DNA of 18,408 bases from a virus, in the IMG/VR virus record IMGVR_UViG_3300045988_016268, positions 1-18,408 of that record; one strand, given 5' to 3'. The stretch's first letter is position 1. Every line of letters begins with the position of its first letter. Of this stretch, positions 13,564 to 18,408 are shown one piece after another. Under the pieces are notes generated by a model, which saw only the letters and a program-made list of their open reading frames with translations, searched no databases and was not told where the DNA came from. The position numbers and the translations under genes were made by a program.

Positions 13564-15016
13564 TAAAAGTGTGGCCGTCATCATTGATATGGCGTGAACC
13601 GGGTATAAACTCATCATAGGGGATGGGGGCGGCTCGATGCACGCCACTCAGACGCATTACCGTGTCGCCATTCGTTTCCACCCCGCAATATTTGCGATTG
13701 CCTAGGATGCGGAGCTTCTCGTAGGTATGGTCGTTTTTCCACTCTCCTAGTTTCCGGTCATCTGTTTCCATGTCTTCGGGCGCGTCCAATCCTTCCAATA
13801 TCATGCCATCGGTATCGGCGTAGAGCACGCGGTCGGCGTTCGCGTTCATCGCACGGGATAGTATCCGCCGTCCATAGGCGTTGACATATGCGGCGGTCGG
13901 CAACCATGCCAGACTGTTGGCCGACTCGGGTTTGTCCACGGTAAAATCCACACCACCATCCACGGACGGTTTTGGATGCAACATGGGCCGGTAGAGCGAG
14001 GCCCCGAACTTTCCCACCAGCGAGTTCAATAACAGTTTCGCCATCTGTTTGCGCTCCCCCGTCGCGGTCTGTTTCACGTGAAACCATTTGTCCACATACG
14101 TATAATAAAGTTCGTGTGATTTGCGGAACTTCCAGCCGCCGACATGCTCCCACATGTGGACGTCATAGTTTTCGGTCAGCGTTTCCCAATCCACGTCCGC
14201 GACTGGCATAGTAACGACGCCGAGCGTGCTATCCAAGCGTTCACCCTCATACCCCCATACAGGTAGGATATTGGTGAGTGTCGCCGTTTTGCCCGCTTTC
14301 AACCTTGCATCAAACGTGATGACGTCGATATGCAGCGGATAATCAGCATCATAACGATACTTCCCGTCATACCACACGGGGGCACCTACCGGCATGGGGG
14401 CATCGCGCATGATACTTGGGTAGAGACTGTTCACATCCCAGCTTCGGCAATCCCGGTATTCGCCCGACTTACTGTATACTATCGCTCCATAGTACGCGGG
14501 GCGCATCCGATGATAATCATCCCTATCCAATGACGGAAAATGGCGTTTGAATTCGGCGTAATCGCCATCAATGTAGTCGGTCATCGCCATTGATGCTATG
14601 GTCGTGCCCCTGAGGTTCAGGGCGGCGCATTCCTGTGCGATATTCCACGTGGTTTCCAAATCATCCACACCGCCAAATGTTTCACGTGAAACATTCAAAC
14701 CATCGTCGCGCGTGACATTGCGCACGTCCAGAAAATCCACGGTGATGCCGCCCATGCGCACGCGAAAACTGTAAAAATGCCCGCGAATGTTGAACGTGCC
14801 CCATACACCGTCTTTGCTTGGGTTCGGTTGTAATGGGAGTCGTTTCAACAGTTCGGCGGCTATGGGCTTGATATCCTGCCACCCGTGAGCACACCATACG
14901 CGCGTATGATAATCGAGCATGGTGAGACGGATGACGGCGTTCACCGTCAACGGTTCCGTGCCGTCATCCGTCAATAGTGTTGCGCCGTCCGTTGCCGCAG
15001 TTCGACGCTCTTTCAT
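13556..15016 (-). CDS. Protein-primed family-B DNA polymerase (phi29 gp2 type)
   Basis: Motif A is WDVNSLYPS, motif B is KLLLNSLVGKF, motif C is VLYADTDG and KxY is GNRKYCG. The TPR1-like segment YDGKYRYDADYPLHIDVITFDARLKAG parallels phi29 FEGKYVWDEDYPLHIQHIRCEFELKEG. The start is taken as ATG 15016 (MKERR), preceded by AAGGATGGAG, 14 nt after the upstream stop. The ORF track start at 15058 would overlap the upstream gene by 28 nt. Confidence 0.93.
   Translation of the reverse strand: MKERRTAATDGATLLTDDGTEPLTVNAVIRLTMLDYHTRVWCAHGWQDIKPIAAELLKRLPLQPNPSKDGVWGTFNIRGHFYSFRVRMGGITVDFLDVRNVTRDDGLNVSRETFGGVDDLETTWNIAQECAALNLRGTTIASMAMTDYIDGDYAEFKRHFPSLDRDDYHRMRPAYYGAIVYSKSGEYRDCRSWDVNSLYPSIMRDAPMPVGAPVWYDGKYRYDADYPLHIDVITFDARLKAGKTATLTNILPVWGYEGERLDSTLGVVTMPVADVDWETLTENYDVHMWEHVGGWKFRKSHELYYTYVDKWFHVKQTATGERKQMAKLLLNSLVGKFGASLYRPMLHPKPSVDGGVDFTVDKPESANSLAWLPTAAYVNAYGRRILSRAMNANADRVLYADTDGMILEGLDAPEDMETDDRKLGEWKNDHTYEKLRILGNRKYCGVETNGDTVMRLSGVHRAAPIPYDEFIPGSRHINDDGHTFML
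14071..14084. repeat. Copy 3 of the GTTTCACGTGAAAC palindrome, inside the polymerase gene
   Basis: Exact 14-mer. On the coding strand it is read as tgg ttt cac gtg aaa cag (W F H V K Q). Confidence 0.95.
14676..14695. repeat. Copy 4 of the palindrome, extended to 20 bp (AATGTTTCACGTGAAACATT), inside the polymerase gene
   Basis: Exact 20-bp palindrome. On the coding strand it is read as aat gtt tca cgt gaa aca ttt (N V S R E T F), a different frame from copy 3. Confidence 0.95.
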
Positions 15017-15030
15017 GACTCCATCCTTTT

Positions 15031-15975
15031 TTAGTGTCGTGCCGCGTTGGCCATCCATTCATCAAGTCGTGTTTCTACATCGCCTGCATCCGCCTTGGTT
15101 TCCCATTTATGTGTTTTATCATTATACCACGCGGCTTCCCGCACAACGGTGCTGAAATTCGTGTTGTTTATCAGCCATCGTTTTTGACGGTTCGACAGGG
15201 ATGCGAATTTTTGGGCTATGCTGTAATCGAATGCCTCAAGCCGTTGCGAGACCCTATCAAAATCCGAACCCCCCCCGCCTCCGGAAATCTGTCTAGTGCC
15301 TGCCTGCAATGGCGCTCGACCTACAAGCCCGGCGTATTCAAGCAACTCTCGTTCAAGTTTCCTTCTACCCCCTTCTCGTATCATTATGCGCGCGTGGCTT
15401 ATGCCGCGCTCCGAGCCGAACACGTTCGCACGGTTGCGTGTGAGTTCGTCGCGCGCCGAACCGCCGACCGTGTGAGTGCCCAACACGTCAAAGGGGGATT
15501 CTCCGGCGCGTTCCATTTCACGGATTTCGCCCACCGTGTAGCTGGCCATGCTCAACGCCTCGAATTGTTGGGCGCGTTTGATTTTCCGCCGTGCCTCGAT
15601 GCGGCGGCGCTGTTGCTGTCGCAACGTCTTCCGACGTTTCGGCGGGGCGGCGGCGATTTCCGCGTCGGTAATCAGCGGACGCGCCGCCATTTCACGGTCA
15701 AATTTCGTAATATGGACGTCGGGCACGACCTGATACGGCTCGCTGTCCCGCGCCCTTAAGGCTTGCTGTTGTTCCCCGAATTCCTGTCCGATACGGCGGG
15801 CAACCTGTTCGAGTTGTTGGGCGCTGAGTTTTCCGAGAAACGTTTCGGTGATTTGCTTGGGGAGATGTCCGGTGCTGTAATCTCTGACCGCTTGCTCTCG
15901 GCGTACCTGTGCCGACCTGATGGCGGCATTACGTTTCAGGCTGTTAACACGTCGATTGTTTTTACGTTTTGCCAC
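15031..15975 (-). CDS. Putative terminal protein (replication primer), assigned by position and composition
   Basis: 314 aa with a GTG start preceded by AAGGAACGAGGG. The N-terminus MAKRKNNRRVNSLKRNAAIRSAQVRR and internal stretches (PPKRRKTLRQQQRRRIEARRKIKR) are very basic. The gene lies immediately upstream of the polymerase and is translationally adjacent to it, as in phi29 (gp3-gp2), in a genome with long ITRs. I found no recognisable sequence similarity. Confidence 0.55.
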   Translation of the reverse strand: MAKRKNNRRVNSLKRNAAIRSAQVRREQAVRDYSTGHLPKQITETFLGKLSAQQLEQVARRIGQEFGEQQQALRARDSEPYQVVPDVHITKFDREMAARPLITDAEIAAAPPKRRKTLRQQQRRRIEARRKIKRAQQFEALSMASYTVGEIREMERAGESPFDVLGTHTVGGSARDELTRNRANVFGSERGISHARIMIREGGRRKLERELLEYAGLVGRAPLQAGTRQISGGGGGSDFDRVSQRLEAFDYSIAQKFASLSNRQKRWLINNTNFSTVVREAAWYNDKTHKWETKADAGDVETRLDEWMANAARH

Positions 15976-16001
15976 GGCCCTCGTTCCTTGTGAGTATAAA
16001 A

Positions 16002-16039
16002 CACCCCTCGCCGCAAGGATGGGAAAACGGCGAGGGGTG
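16002..16039 (-). terminator. Hairpin plus U-tract (terminator or attenuator) upstream of the terminal-protein and polymerase operon
   Basis: cacccctcgccg (16002..16013) pairs with cggcgaggggtg (16028..16039), a 12-bp perfect stem with a 14-nt loop. On the minus strand it is followed by ttttatact. Confidence 0.55.
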
Positions 16040-16054
16040 AGTCTGGCGGCAACA

Positions 16055-16066
16055 TCCCTATAGGGA
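16055..16066. repeat. 12-bp perfect palindrome TCCCTATAGGGA in the intergenic region
   Basis: Read directly. It lies between the stop at 16102 and the hairpin at 16002..16039 and is a possible operator. Confidence 0.7.
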
Positions 16067-16101
16067 CATTGTCATGTTATCATATGGTATAGACAAATAT
16101 T

Positions 16102-16539
16102 CTATCCACGGTCTTTTTCCGACACCAGTTCAAGGTCGAAGAACTTGAATCCACGGCGACTCTTCTTTTCCACCACCTTGAGGGCAAGAGGATGATTCCA
16201 CGTATCCGGCGTTCCGAAAATCGCGAACAGGTTGCCAAAAGCGTGCGCCAATGTGGGCGAGGCGGCGGCAAAGTCACCCTCCTCCGCATGGATAACGACA
16301 CGGGTAGATGAGTTGATTTCACCGGTCTCTTGGTTGGCTACCTCGATGGCCTGCGCAAGCACGTTGGTCACATGAAGTGGCTCATTGAGGTGTTCATCAA
16401 CCTTATCGGCGGTCTGCATAGCGTTGTACAGCGCCATTTTGCCGTCCATGGTGTCAGTGTTGAAGAAGTGGGATACGGCGTTAGCGCCGTTAGCCGCAAA
16501 ATTGTTGCCGTTTGCTACGGTCAGTTCGTTGTCAGCCAT
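16102..16539 (-). CDS. Hypothetical early protein (possible ssDNA-binding protein by position upstream of the terminal protein and polymerase)
   Basis: 145 aa with a strong AAGGAAAGG RBS. The C-terminal pattern VVIHAEEGDFAAASPT...FAIFGTPDTWNHPLALKVVEKKSRRGFKFFDLELV is reminiscent of small phage OB-fold SSBs, but I cannot verify this. Confidence 0.6.
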   Translation of the reverse strand: MADNELTVANGNNFAANGANAVSHFFNTDTMDGKMALYNAMQTADKVDEHLNEPLHVTNVLAQAIEVANQETGEINSSTRVVIHAEEGDFAAASPTLAHAFGNLFAIFGTPDTWNHPLALKVVEKKSRRGFKFFDLELVSEKDRG

Positions 16540-16569
16540 GTGTGTTGCCTTTCCTTATAGGGTTAGTAA

Positions 16570-16881
16570 TTATTTTTCCTCGGAGATGATATCATCTTCA
16601 ACCACGTTGCCGTTAACCGACCCCGGATAGTCGATAATGGTATCATCTCCAAACTCACAATTAGCCCAATAGATTGCCTCATCCATGCGCGTAGCCTGCG
16701 CATGGTATTCGGCGGACATAGGAAGCATGTCCCTGTTAATCTTGCGGGCTTTTTTCATTGCCATGTCAGCCGTGCGGCATGCGCCATCCACGACTACTTC
16801 GGTGTCCACGAGTTCCCCGTTTTCACTGCGCGTAACGCCGCGCACGATACTATAGTGCTTGGCTCGCTTAATATATGCCAT
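16570..16881 (-). CDS. Hypothetical early protein with an acidic C-terminal tail
   Basis: 103 aa with an AAGGTGG RBS 9 nt upstream of ATG 16881. The C-terminus is VVEDDIISEEK. No recognisable domain. Confidence 0.6.
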   Translation of the reverse strand: MAYIKRAKHYSIVRGVTRSENGELVDTEVVVDGACRTADMAMKKARKINRDMLPMSAEYHAQATRMDEAIYWANCEFGDDTIIDYPGSVNGNVVEDDIISEEK

Positions 16882-16898
16882 AATTATGCCACCTTATT

Positions 16899-17408
16899 TC
16901 AATATTGCTGCTGTTGTGACATTCTTGCAATGTCTTCATCAGTATACTGTACATCGGTTAGATTGTCAAAACAGAGACACGCAATTTTGATGATAGTCTG
17001 AGCGAACCCATCACCCTCCCACGTCTGGCACATCTCATAGCAAGTCGCGCCCTTGACATGACAGACCGCGCACCACGCCACCATCGCCGGACAGTAAATA
17101 AGCCCGGACAACATTTCAATGTCCTGCATTCGTACTAATGCAGCGTACATCGACGAACTTGGCGAGATGCTTAGACAAATGTTCGCCGCGTGTTCGATAC
17201 TGTCGGCAAACGCCACCTGACCCCCCTGAGGCTTGTAAAAGTCCTTAAGCAGCGTTACAGTGCGACAAAACGTCTCCCAGTCGCCCTCACCACGATTGTA
17301 TTCCCGCAAGTGTAGATTACGCCGACGGCCACGAATGACACGGCGCACACGGTCATCATCCAAAACACCGTCATCAAACCAATTCGTACGGTCATCATTG
17401 CTCTTCAT
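16899..17408 (-). CDS. Hypothetical early protein (Cys-rich C-terminal half)
   Basis: ATG 17408 (MKSNDD) is preceded by GGAGAGG. The track start at 17417 is a GTG without a better RBS. No recognisable domain. Confidence 0.6.
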   Translation of the reverse strand: MKSNDDRTNWFDDGVLDDDRVRRVIRGRRRNLHLREYNRGEGDWETFCRTVTLLKDFYKPQGGQVAFADSIEHAANICLSISPSSSMYAALVRMQDIEMLSGLIYCPAMVAWCAVCHVKGATCYEMCQTWEGDGFAQTIIKIACLCFDNLTDVQYTDEDIARMSQQQQY

Positions 17409-17410
17409 AG

Positions 17411-17662
17411 TCAACACCTCTCCAACAACAACGTATCAGCCAACGCCCTCGCGTCAACCAGCATATGAGCCACCTGCGCGTAATCACACGCATCAAACGC
17501 CACAGCCGACCAAACCAAACGACGCCTACCGCCAGACTGAGACCGCATTAATACCGTATATCGTAGTTCATATATCCGATTATGAGGACAATACACCAGC
17601 CGCACATCACCAAACTCAAACTTGGACGGAAACACGGCCACAACCTCATCACTCACCATCAT
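17411..17662 (-). CDS. Hypothetical early protein
   Basis: ATG 17662 shares 1 nt with the upstream TGA (TGATG). GAAGGTG lies upstream. The track start at 17665 is a TTG. No recognisable domain. Confidence 0.55.
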   Translation of the reverse strand: MMVSDEVVAVFPSKFEFGDVRLVYCPHNRIYELRYTVLMRSQSGGRRRLVWSAVAFDACDYAQVAHMLVDARALADTLLLERC

Positions 17663-17913
17663 CAAACACCTTCTTCTTCCTCGAACGGCAAACGCACTTC
17701 AACAACACCGTACAAAGTCCCCTGAAGGTCAAAACGGGAAGAAGCAAAACCAACATACACATCAAACCCATAAAACGCATGACGTACAACATCACGCACG
17801 CCATCCAACGCCTCCTTAACCGTATCCGCCGGATACGGGCCATACTTATACACATACGCGGTCGTAAGCTCAAACACCGTAAAATCATCAGGCGTAACAG
17901 TAAAATACCACAT
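17662..17913 (-). CDS. Hypothetical early protein
   Basis: 83 aa. ATG 17913 is preceded by AAGGAGAG. No recognisable domain. Confidence 0.6.
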   Translation of the reverse strand: MWYFTVTPDDFTVFELTTAYVYKYGPYPADTVKEALDGVRDVVRHAFYGFDVYVGFASSRFDLQGTLYGVVEVRLPFEEEEGV

Positions 17914-17936
17914 TATCTCTCCTTATATCGATTCTT

Positions 17937-18128
17937 TCAAACAGTAAACTCTTCACCATACTCAGCATAATGCGCAATCAAATACGCATTAAAAAAATCC
18001 TGTTCAGAACAAGGAGCAAGAGCCACATGCAAGCCCTCACGAATATCATCATCCATAAGAGCCACAGCACTGTCATAATCGACCTCACGCCCATCCCAAT
18101 TAATAACCTTACTCATCTCAACTACCAT
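17937..18128 (-). CDS. Hypothetical small acidic early protein whose start codon lies inside ITR-R
   Basis: Translation is MVVEMSKVINWDGREVDYDSAVALMDDDIREGLHVALAPCSEQDFFNAYLIAHYAEYGEEFTV. It shares the ITR-encoded RBS and MVVEM with the gene at 281..478. The alternative ATG is at 18116. The protein is strongly acidic. Confidence 0.6.
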   Translation of the reverse strand: MVVEMSKVINWDGREVDYDSAVALMDDDIREGLHVALAPCSEQDFFNAYLIAHYAEYGEEFTV

Positions 18129-18408
18129 CCTTTCTACATTCCTTGGTTGATAATTAATATAATACACCACCACAAAACACAACACGCCGAACAACACAAA
18201 AAACGATAAAAAACAACGAGATAAAAAACGCAGACAAAACAACAAGCAGAAACGACAATAAAAAAGCCAGCAAAACACAAGAAGAACCAGAGACGGGGCA
18301 AAAAAACACAACAGAAACGACAACAAAAAAACACAGAACAGAGAGCGACAGCAACACACACAACAGAGCAGTTATGGAAAAAAGCTAGCTGCTGGGACCC
18401 CTCCCCTG
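18113..18408. repeat. Right inverted terminal repeat (ITR-R), 296 bp
   Basis: Exact reverse complement of 1..296. The window ends ...gctagctgctgggacccctcccctg, which is the reverse complement of the first bases caggggaggggtcccagcagctagc. Confidence 0.97.
18153..18194 (-). promoter_or_regulatory. Mirror copy of the putative ITR promoter, facing inward from the right end
   Basis: Identical sequence to 215..256 by ITR symmetry. It lies upstream of the minus-strand gene that starts at 18128/18116. Confidence 0.3.

Noticed and set aside
15017-15058. 14-codon N-terminal extension of the polymerase ORF (MDGQRGTTLKKDGV)
   Set aside because: It would overlap the upstream gene by 28 nt and has no RBS. 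ATG 15016 is preceded by AAGGATGGAG just after the upstream stop. The call remains uncertain without N-terminal data.
15034-15759. 241-aa plus-strand ORF antisense to the putative terminal-protein gene
   Set aside because: It is a shadow ORF with odd composition and no RBS. The minus-strand ORF has a proper RBS and is translationally adjacent to the polymerase gene.
17260-17970. 236-aa plus-strand ORF (Thr/Pro/Gln/His/Arg-rich) across the right-end early genes
   Set aside because: It is a product of the A+C-rich plus strand. It spans four well-supported minus-strand genes that have strong RBSs, and its sequence is low-complexity.
1-18408. General enrichment of the CACGTG hexamer (about 10 sites seen against 4-5 expected)
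   Set aside because: The excess is modest. Four of the sites belong to the 14-bp palindrome family already reported, and the rest have unrelated flanks. The enrichment is not convincing without a proper count and composition-corrected expectation.
1-18408. Search for a lysogeny module, tRNAs, CRISPR arrays or transposable elements
   Set aside because: No integrase, recombinase or repressor-like ORF is present, and no cloverleaf-like or spacer-repeat structure was seen. All sizeable ORFs are accounted for by replication, morphogenesis, lysis or small early genes.

Overview
The window appears to be a complete linear genome (18,408 bp) of a small phi29-like, protein-primed podophage of a Gram-positive host. 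It is bounded by perfect 296-bp inverted terminal repeats (1..296 and 18113..18408). Almost every gene is on the minus strand. Read from the right end inwards these are: five or six small early genes; a basic putative terminal protein; a phi29-type family-B DNA polymerase; then a morphogenesis block syntenic with phi29 gp7 to gp13 (scaffold, major capsid with Big_2 domain, tail knob, portal/upper collar, lower collar, three tail or fibre proteins, CHAP tail lysin); then the gp16-like packaging ATPase, a holin and a secreted GH25/LysM endolysin. Only two small genes at the left end are on the plus strand. They converge on the lysis genes at a bidirectional terminator (757..785). I saw no tRNA, rRNA, CRISPR array, integrase or repressor module, so the phage looks strictly lytic. 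Protein calls rest on motifs read from the supplied translations and on remembered similarity to phi29 proteins, with no database search. The most unusual signals are these. (1) The ITRs are nearly adenine-free on the 5'-terminal strand for about 200 nt, and they carry the promoter-like box, RBS and first five codons of two different inward-reading genes. (2) A 14-bp palindrome, GTTTCACGTGAAAC, recurs four times. Two copies are intergenic and two lie inside the polymerase gene in different reading frames. (3) A 187-bp non-coding, repeat-rich and structured interval lies between the polymerase and scaffold genes, preceded by a TGnTATAAT box, and could encode a pRNA-like RNA. (4) The polymerase seems to have His in place of two exonuclease carboxylates. 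(5) Sharp low-GC islands sit inside the tail-knob and fibre genes.
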